A stretch of 59,556 nt of DNA from Crenarchaeota archaeon SCGC AAA471-B05 (GTDB taxonomy: Archaea > Thermoproteota > Thermoprotei > Gearchaeales > Gearchaeaceae). Made by a program: the position numbers and the translations under genes. The notes beneath the pieces are model-generated. The model had not been told where the DNA came from. It worked only from the letters and a program-made list of their open reading frames with translations, and did not search any database. Each line of letters opens with the position of its first letter. Positions within the stretch are counted from its first letter, which is position 1. The stretch covers positions 65,941-125,496 of the forward strand of contig AQYM01000033.1 in the NCBI GenBank assembly GCA_000380705.1, in the 5' to 3' direction. This document shows positions 1 through 9,393 of this stretch, one piece after another.

Positions 1-1578
1 GAACCAAATGTACCTTGTATTCATCAATACGGTATAAATTCATTTAGAATATACGGTTTACCTACTCCTAAATATGGGAAAGCAGTGGGCGTTATAGGTA
101 TGAATGGTGCAGGGAAAACTACAGCTTTAAATATACTAGCTGGCAAAATTAAACCGAATCTTGGAATTTTAGATAGGGAAGTAAATATAGATGAGATAAT
201 TGAAAGGTTTAAAGGTAAAGAAATACAAAGATATTTAAAAGATCTTTACGATAAAAAAATTAAGGTCATAGTAAAACCTCAAGATATCCATAGTATTGTA
301 AATATAATAAAAGGAGAAGTTAAGAACATTCTTCAATTTGTAAATGAACGAGGAGATTTGGATTTGGTACTAGAATTTCTTTCTTTAAATAATATTTTAA
401 ATAAAAATGTAAAAGAATTGAGCGGAGGAGAACTTCAAAGGTTTGCAATAGCTATAGCTGCTTTAAAAGATGGGGATGTTTATCTTTTTGATGAACCTTG
501 TAGTTATTTAGATGTTCATCAGAGATTAAAACTAGCTAAACTACTCAACTATTTATTATCTAAAGGAAAAACTTTAGTTTTAGTTGAACATGATTTTGCA
601 GTTTTAGATTATTTATGTGAAAATGTTTGTATAATTTATGGTAAACCCAAGGTTTATGGTATAGTTTCATTACCTTACTCTACTTCAGAAGGTATTAATT
701 CGTATCTTGATGGCTATTTGCCTCATGAAAATGTAAGGATAAGAAAGACTCCTGTAAAGTTTTTATTAAGATCTTTGGAAAGACAAGAAATGGAAGGATA
801 TAAATTTTTAGGCTGGAGTAGGTTATTGATAAATCTAGGAAACTTTACTTTAGAAGTTGAAGAAGGCTATATAAATAAAGGCGAAGTAATTGGAATACTA
901 GGCCCAAATGGAATAGGGAAAACTACTTTCATAAAAGTATTAGCTGGAGAAATTCAACCTTTAGAAGGTTCAGTTTATTTTTTTGGGGAAAAACCTACTA
1001 TAAGCTATAAGCCACAAGTTTTCACTTTTAATCAGTCTGAGATTTTAGTAAAAGATTATCTTAACCAAATTAATCGAGATTATTCCAAAGATGAATGGGT
1101 GATGGAGGAAATTATTTATCCTTTAAGAATAGATCAAATTTATGAACGATATATACATGAGCTAAGTGGTGGTGAAAAACAAGCTTTAAAAATTACTGAA
1201 TGCTTACTTAAAGATGCCGACATTTATCTTTTCGATGAGCCCAGTGCCTTTTTAGATGTTGAACAAAGATTAGCAGTGGCTAAAATTTTAAGAAAATATG
1301 CACAAACTTTTAAAAAATCTATTTTTATAGTGGAACACGATCTAATAATACAAGATTTCGCATGTGATGGTTTGATAATATTTCGCGGAGAGCCCGGGTT
1401 AAAAGGTCATGCTTATGAACCTTTGGGATTAAAGAAAGGTTTTAACTTATTTTTAAAAGATTTAGGAATTACATTTAGAAGGGATCAGAAGTCTCTTAGA
1501 CCTCGAATTAATAAAGAAGGTTCTTGGCTAGATAGGAAACAAAAAGAACTTGGTGAATATTATTATTTTAATGTTTAA
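1..1578 (+). CDS. abce1: ABCE1/RLI-type twin-ATPase ribosome recycling factor (5' end cut by window edge)
   Basis: Frame 1 is open from base 1 (EPNVPCIHQYGINSFRIYGLP precedes the listed ORF). Two ABC cassettes: Walker A GMNGAGKTT and GPNGIGKTT, signatures LSGGELQR and LSGGEKQA, Walker B LFDEP twice. Confidence 0.9.
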   Translation, partial: EPNVPCIHQYGINSFRIYGLPTPKYGKAVGVIGMNGAGKTTALNILAGKIKPNLGILDREVNIDEIIERFKGKEIQRYLKDLYDKKIKVIVKPQDIHSIVNIIKGEVKNILQFVNERGDLDLVLEFLSLNNILNKNVKELSGGELQRFAIAIAALKDGDVYLFDEPCSYLDVHQRLKLAKLLNYLLSKGKTLVLVEHDFAVLDYLCENVCIIYGKPKVYGIVSLPYSTSEGINSYLDGYLPHENVRIRKTPVKFLLRSLERQEMEGYKFLGWSRLLINLGNFTLEVEEGYINKGEVIGILGPNGIGKTTFIKVLAGEIQPLEGSVYFFGEKPTISYKPQVFTFNQSEILVKDYLNQINRDYSKDEWVMEEIIYPLRIDQIYERYIHELSGGEKQALKITECLLKDADIYLFDEPSAFLDVEQRLAVAKILRKYAQTFKKSIFIVEHDLIIQDFACDGLIIFRGEPGLKGHAYEPLGLKKGFNLFLKDLGITFRRDQKSLRPRINKEGSWLDRKQKELGEYYYFNV

Positions 1579-1743
1579 ACATTCTTATTTGAATTAGTTT
1601 AAATTAAGGAATTATTTTACTTCAATTTCTTCTTAAAAGTCTGACTTAACATATCTTAAAAATACTATTTTCTCCTTTAAGTACAAGACTTTAACTTATT
1701 ATAAGGCTAAAGAATATATATATTATCGTTTCAAATTTTATTA

Positions 1744-2187
1744 ATGGTTAGACAAGTTGATTATAAACCAAAACCAATAGATCCAGATTTTTTAAATAAG
1801 CCAGATGAATATCCAGTAACAGGCGAATATTTAGGAGTAAAAATAAGGGCAGGTGGTATACAAAGGTATGATAGTGAAGGTAAACCTTATCCAACTAAAC
1901 TTGGAATATATGGTACTATTGTAGCAGTAGATTTTGAAGCATGTATTGCTGATGGTGTTTGTATGGATGTATGCCCTGTAAACGTATTTGAATGGTTTTT
2001 AAATCCCGGTAAAGCAGGTACAGGAAATGATAGAGTAATAGATCCCAATAATCCAAACGATAAAGAGTTATGGGAAAAATATCGAACAGATAAAGCATTT
2101 CCTATAAGGGAAAATAATTGTATATTTTGCTTAGCTTGCGAAATTGCATGTCCTACTAAAGCTATAAAGATAAATCAGCCAGTTTAA
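1744..2187 (+). CDS. Sulfolobus-type di-cluster ferredoxin with N-terminal extension
   Basis: Cluster motifs CIADGVCMDVCP (Cys-x2-Asp-x2-Cys-x3-CysPro, 3Fe-4S type) and CIFCLACEIACP. LGIYGTIVAVDF aligns to [12 protein letters not shown] of the zinc-containing Sulfolobus ferredoxin. Confidence 0.85.
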   Translation: MVRQVDYKPKPIDPDFLNKPDEYPVTGEYLGVKIRAGGIQRYDSEGKPYPTKLGIYGTIVAVDFEACIADGVCMDVCPVNVFEWFLNPGKAGTGNDRVIDPNNPNDKELWEKYRTDKAFPIRENNCIFCLACEIACPTKAIKINQPV

Positions 2188-2203
2188 TTTTTTTAAATTT
2201 TTA

Positions 2204-2243
2204 TAATATTTATGGACATTATTTAATATTTATGGACATTATT
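2204..2243 (+). repeat. Perfect 20-bp tandem duplication (2 x taatatttatggacattatt) spanning the ABC ATPase start codon
   Basis: Read directly: 2204-2223 is identical to 2224-2243. The first copy gives the mini-ORF atg gac att att taa; the second starts the real CDS. Confidence 0.95.
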
Positions 2244-3158
2244 GTAGAAGCGATAAGTTTAACAAAAAGATATAATAATGTAATAGCAATTGATAATATT
2301 TCGTTTAATATTTATAAAGGAGAAATATTTTCTTTTTTAGGACCAAATGGTTCAGGTAAAACAACAACAGTGGAAATTCTTGCATGTATTAGGAAACCTA
2401 CTTCAGGCACGGCAAAAATTTTAGGTTATAGTATAAATAAAGAAGTAAATGAAATTAAAAAAAGAATAGGTATTTTACCTCAAGAATTTACCTTTTTTGA
2501 TTTATTAACAGTTAAAGAATGTGTAGAGTTTATAGGTAAAATTTATGGAACAAAATATGATATAAAACAAATTTTAGAAATTTTTAGATTAGAGGAATAT
2601 AAAAACAAAAAATTTAGAGAACTTTCTGGAGGATTAAAAAGGAGGGTAGGTTTAGCTATGAGTATAGTTAATGACCCAGATTTACTTTTTTTAGATGAAC
2701 CAACAACAGGGCTTGATCCTGAATCAAGACGGGATGTTTGGAAATATATTTTAAATTTAAAAAAATTGGGTAAAACCATCTTTTTGACCACTCATTATAT
2801 GGAAGAAGCAGAAAAATTGAGTGATAGGATAGGGATTATTATAAAAGGTAAACTGGTAGTGTTGGATGAAGTAAAAAATTTAATAAATAACTATGGGGGC
2901 GGTTTTAGATTGGTTATATACTTAGATAAGAATATAGAAGAAAATGTTGTAAAAATTTTACAAGATAATAATTATAAGTTTGATAAGAAAGATAATGTAA
3001 TAATTTGTAATTTATCGAATAAAAGAGAAGCTAATCTTTTAGCATCTGAATTAATTAGGAAAGGTATTGAAAATTTTGAAATGAAATATCCGAGTGTTGA
3101 AGATGCATTTCTTAATTTAGTGGGTTATAAAATATCTGAAATGGGTGAATTAATATGA
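2232..3158 (+). CDS. ABC transporter ATP-binding protein (ABC-2/daunorubicin-type exporter family)
   Basis: Walker A GPNGSGKTT, signature LSGGLKRR, Walker B LLFLDEPTTGLD. Overlaps the downstream permease by 4 nt. Confidence 0.9.
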   Translation: MDIIVEAISLTKRYNNVIAIDNISFNIYKGEIFSFLGPNGSGKTTTVEILACIRKPTSGTAKILGYSINKEVNEIKKRIGILPQEFTFFDLLTVKECVEFIGKIYGTKYDIKQILEIFRLEEYKNKKFRELSGGLKRRVGLAMSIVNDPDLLFLDEPTTGLDPESRRDVWKYILNLKKLGKTIFLTTHYMEEAEKLSDRIGIIIKGKLVVLDEVKNLINNYGGGFRLVIYLDKNIEENVVKILQDNNYKFDKKDNVIICNLSNKREANLLASELIRKGIENFEMKYPSVEDAFLNLVGYKISEMGELI

Positions 3159-4396
3159 GAAGAATTTTAGCTATTTTTCTAGTTTTTTTAAAAAATTGGC
3201 TAAGAAATAGATCAGCGCTTTTCTTTTCTTTTATCTTTCCATTATTATTATTATTAATTTTTGCATCCATTTTCACTTCTGAAAGAACGCAACCTATAAC
3301 CATTTTTGTGCAAAATCAAGATCAAGAAACACAACTTTCTAAGGTTTACGAAAGTATACTGAACAAGACTTTTAATGTGGAAAAAATACCTAGTAATATT
3401 TCTTCTCCTGTAAATTATTTGAAAACAAAAAAGCAAGGGCTAATAACCTTTAAAATCCGTATTTTAATAATTCCTAAGGGATTTGAGGAGAATGCTACTA
3501 CTTTAGCAATGAAAGAAGCTATAAGATTGCAAATATTAAATCTTCAGAGAACTCTTTCAAGCCCTTATATTAATGAGTCTATAAAACAGGAAATAATTAA
3601 AGGAATAAATGTTCTACAGAATGTATATTCAAATCTTCCCAATAAAACCCTTAATATTAAACTTATAACAGAATCTGAAGATACTGATTATTTACTTTTA
3701 AATAGTATTTTAACACAAATAAACGGTTCTTTTATTAATAATTTAATTGGTGTTAATGCCACTTTTTCAATAAATCATGAAACAGTCTATGAAAGAAGAA
3801 TTTCAGCTGTAGATTATTATTTAGCAGGTCTTCTTGCAGCGTTTGTTATGACCAACGGATTATTTTCTACTGCGCCTACTTTGGTGGAAATTAGAGTAAA
3901 AGGAATTTTAAAAAGATTATTGGGTACTCCATTACAAAAACATGAATGGTTTTTAGGTATCATTTTTTCTATACTTTTAATAAATTCAATATTACTTTTA
4001 GAAATGCTCTTAGCTGCCGTTATAATTTTTAAAGCAAAAATTGGTTTCAACGTTTACTGGATTTTAATCTTCTATATCGGAATGTTTTTCTTTATTGGTT
4101 TAGGTGTTTTTATAGGAAGTATGGTAAGAAGTGAAGAAACTGCTATAGCTTTGGTAAACTTGATAGGTTTTCCTATGATGTTTCTTTCAGGTGCTTTCTG
4201 GCCGCTAGAAATCATGCCCGATTTTCTTAAATACGTTGCCCAAGTTTTACCATTGTATCATTTTCATACAAGTTTAAGGTATATAATGGTTTTTGGTGAT
4301 ACTACTCCAGTAATAAACAACATACTAATTGTTGTTGTCTTATCTTTATCTTTTACAATTTTATCAATCAAATTCCTAAGATGGAAAGAAACCTGA
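3155..4396 (+). CDS. ABC-2 type transporter permease
   Basis: N-terminal TM helix, large extracytoplasmic loop, then about 5 C-terminal TM helices. Translationally coupled to the ATPase. Confidence 0.8.
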   Translation: MRRILAIFLVFLKNWLRNRSALFFSFIFPLLLLLIFASIFTSERTQPITIFVQNQDQETQLSKVYESILNKTFNVEKIPSNISSPVNYLKTKKQGLITFKIRILIIPKGFEENATTLAMKEAIRLQILNLQRTLSSPYINESIKQEIIKGINVLQNVYSNLPNKTLNIKLITESEDTDYLLLNSILTQINGSFINNLIGVNATFSINHETVYERRISAVDYYLAGLLAAFVMTNGLFSTAPTLVEIRVKGILKRLLGTPLQKHEWFLGIIFSILLINSILLLEMLLAAVIIFKAKIGFNVYWILIFYIGMFFFIGLGVFIGSMVRSEETAIALVNLIGFPMMFLSGAFWPLEIMPDFLKYVAQVLPLYHFHTSLRYIMVFGDTTPVINNILIVVVLSLSFTILSIKFLRWKET

Positions 4397-4944
4397 AAAT
4401 TTATCCTCCGTCAGAAGATACTTTTTTACTTCAAGAATCGATACCGAAATTCAGAAGAAATTTAGCAATTGATGTAGGTACAGGTTCAGGTTATTTAGCT
4501 TTTTTTCTATCTGAATTTGTAAATTATGTAATAGCTACAGATATTGAATTAGACGCTATTAAATATGCTTTGAATAATTTAAAAACTAAGAATATTTATA
4601 ATGTAGATTTTGTAGTAACAAACCTTTTTGATTGTTTTCGTGAAAATATTTTTGATTTAATAATATTTAATCCTCCATATTTGCCTTTTAACGGTAAAAA
4701 AACAGACCTGGACGTACAGACAGTATTAAATTTTAAAGGTAAGAATATAATTATCGAATTTTTAAGCAAATTAAAGAAAGGATTAAAAAAAGATGGAGAA
4801 TGCTTTATTGTCCTTTCGAGTTTATCTCCATTAGAGGTGATCTTTAATTTTATAAACTCTCATGGAATAAAGTCAGAAAAAATTTTATCCAAAAGATTTT
4901 TCTTTGAGGAAATTTTTGTTTTAAAGTTATCCTATACCTCTTAA
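4381..4944 (+). CDS. HemK/Mtq2-like N5-glutamine (release factor) SAM-dependent methyltransferase
   Basis: SAM motif I DVGTGSGYLAFF and the NPPY motif (IIFNPPYLP). The 187-aa size is typical of archaeal Mtq2 homologs. Confidence 0.75.
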   Translation: MERNLKIYPPSEDTFLLQESIPKFRRNLAIDVGTGSGYLAFFLSEFVNYVIATDIELDAIKYALNNLKTKNIYNVDFVVTNLFDCFRENIFDLIIFNPPYLPFNGKKTDLDVQTVLNFKGKNIIIEFLSKLKKGLKKDGECFIVLSSLSPLEVIFNFINSHGIKSEKILSKRFFFEEIFVLKLSYTS

Positions 4945-6174
4945 ATTCATAGCATCGATCACTCTTTTTACAGCTAAAACCATTGCGGCTGTCCTCATAT
5001 CGATGCCATATTGTTTACTTATTTTAAAAACCTCATAAAATGCCTTAACCAACTTCTCCTCCATTTTCCTTAAAACTTCCTCTTCCTCCCATTGGTATTT
5101 TTGCATGTTTTGTACCCATTCAAAATAACTAACTGTAACCCCTCCTGAATTAGCTAAAATATCTGGGACAACCATAACTCCTTTCTTAAATAATATTTCG
5201 TCAGCTTCAGGAGTTGTTGGACCATTTGCTCCTTCTACAATAATTTTAGCCTTTATTTTATCTGCATTAATTCCAGTTATTTGATTTTCTATTGCAGCAG
5301 GTATAAGGATATCACAATCAGAAATTAATAAGGCCTCATTTGAAATTTTCTTTATATTTTTATATCCAACAACAGTGCCAGTTTTTTGTTTATATTTCAT
5401 CACATCTATGGGATCCAGTCCATCTGGATCATAAATGCCTCCTTGAGAATCACTAACAGCAATTATTTTACATCCGAATTGATATAATTTTTCTGCTGCA
5501 TAATATGCTACATTCCCAAATCCTTGTATAGCTATTCTAGCTTCTTTCAAATCAATATTATAAATTTTAGCAGCTTCTCTAGTACATATTGCTACTCCAT
5601 AACCTGTAGCCTGTGTTCTTCCTTTAGATCCTCCTAATTCTATAGGTTTACCAGTAACTACACCATAAGCAGGATATCCCTTTATTCTCGAGTATTCATC
5701 AAAAATCCAAGCCATTGTTTGAGCGTCTGTATATACATCAGGGGCTGGTATATCTATCTCGGGTCCTATTTCTTCAGCTATCATATCTACAAATTTTCTT
5801 GTTAATCTTTCCTTTTCAGCTTGACTTAGATATTTAGCAGGACAGACTATTCCTCCTTTTCCTCCACCGAAAGGAATATCTACAACAGCACATTTCCATG
5901 TCATCCACATAGCCAAAGCTATTACTTCATCTAAATTTACTTCAGGATGATACCTGATTCCTCCTTTATAAGGTCCTCTAAAATTATTATGTTGAACACG
6001 ATAACCTGTAAATACTTTAATTGTTCCATCATCCATTTTGACTGGAATATTAACAATTATTATTTTTTGTGGTCTTTTAAGAATCTCTATTGTTTGTTGA
6101 TCTAATTTCAATATAGAAGCAGCCTTCTCTAATTGTTTAATGGCTACCTCATATGGACTTATATTACTGCTCAT
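4927..6174 (-). CDS. gdhA: Glutamate dehydrogenase
   Basis: PYKGGIRYHP and FGGGKGG catalytic-lysine region, plus the C-terminal Rossmann motif IQGFGNVA. 415 aa. Confidence 0.92.
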   Translation of the reverse strand: MSSNISPYEVAIKQLEKAASILKLDQQTIEILKRPQKIIIVNIPVKMDDGTIKVFTGYRVQHNNFRGPYKGGIRYHPEVNLDEVIALAMWMTWKCAVVDIPFGGGKGGIVCPAKYLSQAEKERLTRKFVDMIAEEIGPEIDIPAPDVYTDAQTMAWIFDEYSRIKGYPAYGVVTGKPIELGGSKGRTQATGYGVAICTREAAKIYNIDLKEARIAIQGFGNVAYYAAEKLYQFGCKIIAVSDSQGGIYDPDGLDPIDVMKYKQKTGTVVGYKNIKKISNEALLISDCDILIPAAIENQITGINADKIKAKIIVEGANGPTTPEADEILFKKGVMVVPDILANSGGVTVSYFEWVQNMQKYQWEEEEVLRKMEEKLVKAFYEVFKISKQYGIDMRTAAMVLAVKRVIDAMNLRGIG

Positions 6175-6306
6175 TAGTATTTTTACAATATTTTTTAATT
6201 ATTAATAAACTTTGTCTAAGCTAATTTATATTTTCGTATATATTTATATTTAAATTGCATTTTTCTAGCTATAAGGGTTCTGAGTTTAGTTATTATAATT
6301 TTTATT

Positions 6307-7257
6307 TTAACTATAATGTAACTTTAACAGATCTAAAACTGTTCTCAGTCCTTCTTGGAGGTTTAGAAAAGGTTTAATCGAATTTAAAATTATATTGGCC
6401 GTCGCATCGTCTCCAGGAATTCCTCCTCTAATACTAACTGTTATATTTGGCTCTCCTGTAATTTTTATCGTATCTGTATCTCTATTTTTTTCAGAAGCTA
6501 TAAACTCAAGCAAGATTACCTCTTTTGATTTATATAATAGTTTCCCATATATTTTTATTCCTACTACTCTTTTATTCTTAGATAATATAGGTATAGGTTT
6601 TGTTTCATAAATTTCATCGTAATTCATAGCTAATGCTGTTGAGATTAAACCTAAAGATTCGGTTAGACCTACATGACCTGTTATCCTTTTCATGTTAACA
6701 CTTTCTTCAAATTCATCTTTGGTCAACCCAATCCCTATTTTATTTCTAAAGCTTTGCCTCCTTTTACTTGCGTTTATACTTCTCTTTATATAAATATGTT
6801 CAATCCTATTTAAAACAGTGGATAGGAAAATTGGCAAAGAATCCATTACAAACCCAGGATTGACTCCTATAGCTAAAACCCTTACATTATTTTTCTTTAT
6901 TTCTTTTTCTAACTCTTTAGCCAAAGAAGGATACTTAATAAAAGGATAAACCAATTCTTCACATGTAGATATAACACTTAACTTATTTTTTACACATTCA
7001 ATTATTTGATTATATGTAATATTTAAAAAGGAAGAAGTAGCATGAATAACTAAATCAGGTTTTTCTTCCTTAATAGCTTCTTCTAATTTTTTATGTACTT
7101 TAACTCCTAATTTCTCTTTTCCTATTATTTCTCCTATATCTTTATTTATTAATTCAGGTTTTATATCTATTGCACCATGAATTGTATAATTTCTCTCTAA
7201 AGCCTTTTTAGCTATTATTCTGTTTATTTCTCCGAAACCATAAAAAATAATTTTCAT
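6307..7257 (-). CDS. DapB-like NAD(P)-dependent oxidoreductase (2,4-diaminopentanoate / native amine dehydrogenase-like family)
   Basis: N-terminal Rossmann MKIIFYGFGEINR and the overall layout of the DapB-N-like amine dehydrogenase family. Assigned from memory of the family, not from a search. Confidence 0.5.
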   Translation of the reverse strand: MKIIFYGFGEINRIIAKKALERNYTIHGAIDIKPELINKDIGEIIGKEKLGVKVHKKLEEAIKEEKPDLVIHATSSFLNITYNQIIECVKNKLSVISTCEELVYPFIKYPSLAKELEKEIKKNNVRVLAIGVNPGFVMDSLPIFLSTVLNRIEHIYIKRSINASKRRQSFRNKIGIGLTKDEFEESVNMKRITGHVGLTESLGLISTALAMNYDEIYETKPIPILSKNKRVVGIKIYGKLLYKSKEVILLEFIASEKNRDTDTIKITGEPNITVSIRGGIPGDDATANIILNSIKPFLNLQEGLRTVLDLLKLHYS

Positions 7258-7262
7258 TAACT

Positions 7263-7571
7263 TTATTCTTCGTAAACGTAATATATTTTACCTTCTTCAA
7301 TAATAACTGGAAGTCTAATCAATTTGCTATCCTTAGGAGCAGGTCCTGACTTTGCTTTACCTGTTATTACGTCGAAAGTTGAATCGTGCCATTCACATCT
7401 TAAAACATCATTATCCAAATTTAAAGGACCACCCAAATGGGTACAGACATCAATATATGCAAATATTCTTCCTTTATATTTTATAATTATTGAAGGTCTA
7501 CCTCCAAAATCTATCTTCTTTATTCCATTTTCTGGTATTTCTTCATAATTGGCAAGAAATATCTTAGTCAT
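7263..7571 (-). CDS. Small Rieske [2Fe-2S] domain protein
   Basis: CTHLGGPL ... CEWHDSTF matches the CxH / CxxH Rieske ligands. 102 aa, 5 nt upstream of the DapB-like gene. Confidence 0.85.
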   Translation of the reverse strand: MTKIFLANYEEIPENGIKKIDFGGRPSIIIKYKGRIFAYIDVCTHLGGPLNLDNDVLRCEWHDSTFDVITGKAKSGPAPKDSKLIRLPVIIEEGKIYYVYEE

Positions 7572-7814
7572 TAACTTTTAATTGATTATTAAAGAATAAA
7601 AAATTATCGCATAAATAAAAGTTGGTGCTTTGATAATTATAGATTGATAAAGGTTTTTGTTCATAGTCGGTTTGATATTAACAAATTTACAGAAGATTAA
7701 AATTCTCGTCCTTTAAGACTGATAGAAAATCGGAAAACTTGAAGCTATACTTTATAACCGGGGGGAATTAGTTTGAAGAAAAATAAGTATAAGATTTGAC
7801 AATTATTTTTTTTG

Positions 7815-7900
7815 GCGGGGGTTCCCTAGCCTGGTCAAAGGGGTAGGGCTCAGGTCCCTATGGCCTAAGGCCTTCGTGGGTTCAAATCCCACCCCCCGCA
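7815..7900 (+). tRNA. tRNA-Leu (CAG), type II with long variable arm
   Basis: Hand-folded. Acceptor GCGGGGG/CCCCCGC, D stem CCCT/AGGG, anticodon stem TAGGG/CCCTA with loop CTCAGGT. Variable arm TGGCCTAAGGCCTTC, T arm GTGGG-TTCAAAT-CCCAC, discriminator A. No intron, no encoded CCA. Confidence 0.93.
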
Positions 7901-8224
7901 TTAATTATGGTTCATAGTGGTTCTATTTTTAGATTTAAACTTCTTCTTTAGGTTGAATTATAAAGATTGAAAGCTTAACATTTTAGGACGCTGATGCAAA
8001 TTTAAATTTTACTATATTTTTAATGAAGCAATCAGAATTTTAATAAAGATCGTTATAAAATTCGAATGGAGCTAACCAAGCTTATCGAAGCTTCTCATGT
8101 GAAAGGTGTAGTCACAAATCAATGGTAACCTCTCTTAGAAGATGGAGGAAATCATTTTTAGTTTGAATAGTAAGTTTATCTTTTATTGCAAAAATTTTTG
8201 TTTGTATCATTTTAAAAATACTTA

Positions 8225-8695
8225 ATGGTAAAAATAAGGATTGTAAGCTATAGTGAACTTTTGGAGGTTTCAAATCTAGCTTTGAATTTTTTTTCTGAAC
8301 CAAAGGTAAGCGACAACTCAATTATTGCAAACGAAGAAAATAGAAAATATTGGCTGGAAGTTGTGTATAAATTATTAGCTGAAAATAGAGATGCATTGAT
8401 TATTGCTGAAGAAAATAGTAAAATAATAGGTTATCTTTTATATAAGCTGGATGCTTCATATCCTTTTAAAGTTAAGGAAAAATGGTCTTATATTTCAGAT
8501 ATATACATATTGCCTGAATATAGAAGAAAAGGCATAGGTAAAGCTCTAATTAATTATTTAGAGGAAATATTAAGGAAAAATGGGATAAATAAAATTAGGC
8601 TTTTAGTATGGGGAGAAAATATTCCCGCATTGGAATTTTATAAAAAATTAGATTTTAAAATAGTAGGTTATCTTTTAGAAAAATATTTAAGATAA
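8225..8695 (+). CDS. GNAT family N-acetyltransferase
   Basis: Acetyl-CoA binding motif A: ILPEYRRKGIGKALI. 156 aa. Confidence 0.85.
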   Translation: MVKIRIVSYSELLEVSNLALNFFSEPKVSDNSIIANEENRKYWLEVVYKLLAENRDALIIAEENSKIIGYLLYKLDASYPFKVKEKWSYISDIYILPEYRRKGIGKALINYLEEILRKNGINKIRLLVWGENIPALEFYKKLDFKIVGYLLEKYLR

Positions 8696-8784
8696 AAATC
8701 AAAAATTTTTATTTATTAAATTTAGATTTTTAAAATAAGTCATTTATCAATAAACTTATAAGTTACTTATTGTAATATTATATT

Positions 8785-9393
8785 ATGACTCAAGTAACTA
8801 AAGACATGTCTTGGAATAGCTTGGATGTAGCAGCATTAGGCATAATAGGTGTAATTTCAGGCGTAATTTTCTACATAGCCTCAATGTATTTATGGCCAGC
8901 ATTAGCTATGGGAGGAATATTTGCTCAAATTTCTATATATGGATTTTGGTTTGTAGGGGCTACGATAGCTGCGTATATTATAAGGAAACCTGGAGCAGCT
9001 TTTGGGGGTGAATTTTTGGGGGCATTTATAGAATATATTTTAGCAACTCAATTTGGATATTTTGTTTTAATCTGGGGTGCTGTTCAAGGAATAGCTGCGG
9101 AAGTTGTATTTGGTGCTAGACTTTATAAAAAATATGATTATATTACTATGAGTCTTGCAGGTATATTAGCAGGAATAATTGTTATCATTCCTACTTACAT
9201 TTGGTATAAAGCGTTTATCGATATAGCTTATAATATACTGGGCTATTTGGGCATCATAATATTTATTTTATTACATTCTATTAGCGGCGCAATTATAGCT
9301 GGTATAGGAGTAAAGGTTGCTATAGATAGATTAGCTTTAACTGGAATACTAGATCCTTTCCTAGTAGCTAAGGAAATAAAAAAGTTTGAGTAA
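8785..9393 (+). CDS. ykoE: ECF transporter substrate-specific (S) component, YkoE family (HMP/thiamine-related)
   Basis: YGFWFVGATIAAYIIRKPGAAF closely matches the YGIWF..AAYMIRKPGAA core of B. subtilis YkoE. Six TM helices, followed by fused-ATPase and T components as in ykoEDC. Confidence 0.8.
   Translation: MTQVTKDMSWNSLDVAALGIIGVISGVIFYIASMYLWPALAMGGIFAQISIYGFWFVGATIAAYIIRKPGAAFGGEFLGAFIEYILATQFGYFVLIWGAVQGIAAEVVFGARLYKKYDYITMSLAGILAGIIVIIPTYIWYKAFIDIAYNILGYLGIIIFILLHSISGAIIAGIGVKVAIDRLALTGILDPFLVAKEIKKFE

Noticed and set aside
7659-7922. gttcatagt(c)ggtt repeated on both sides of tRNA-Leu
   Set aside because: It is short, contains an indel, does not include tRNA sequence, and no integrase or foreign genes lie between the copies. 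It is consistent with chance.
7940-8040. Possible C/D-box sRNA (gctgatgca ... aatgaagca ... cagaa) downstream of tRNA-Leu. A similar case is atgatga at about 35925.
   Set aside because: The boxes deviate from RUGAUGA/CUGA, the spacing is wrong, and no terminal stem is present.
8696-8784. Possible TPP riboswitch in the ykoE leader, as found for bacterial ykoEDC
   Set aside because: The 89-nt spacer is almost pure A/T, with no CUGAGA-type core and no stable helices. The TATA-to-ATG spacing also suggests a leaderless mRNA.
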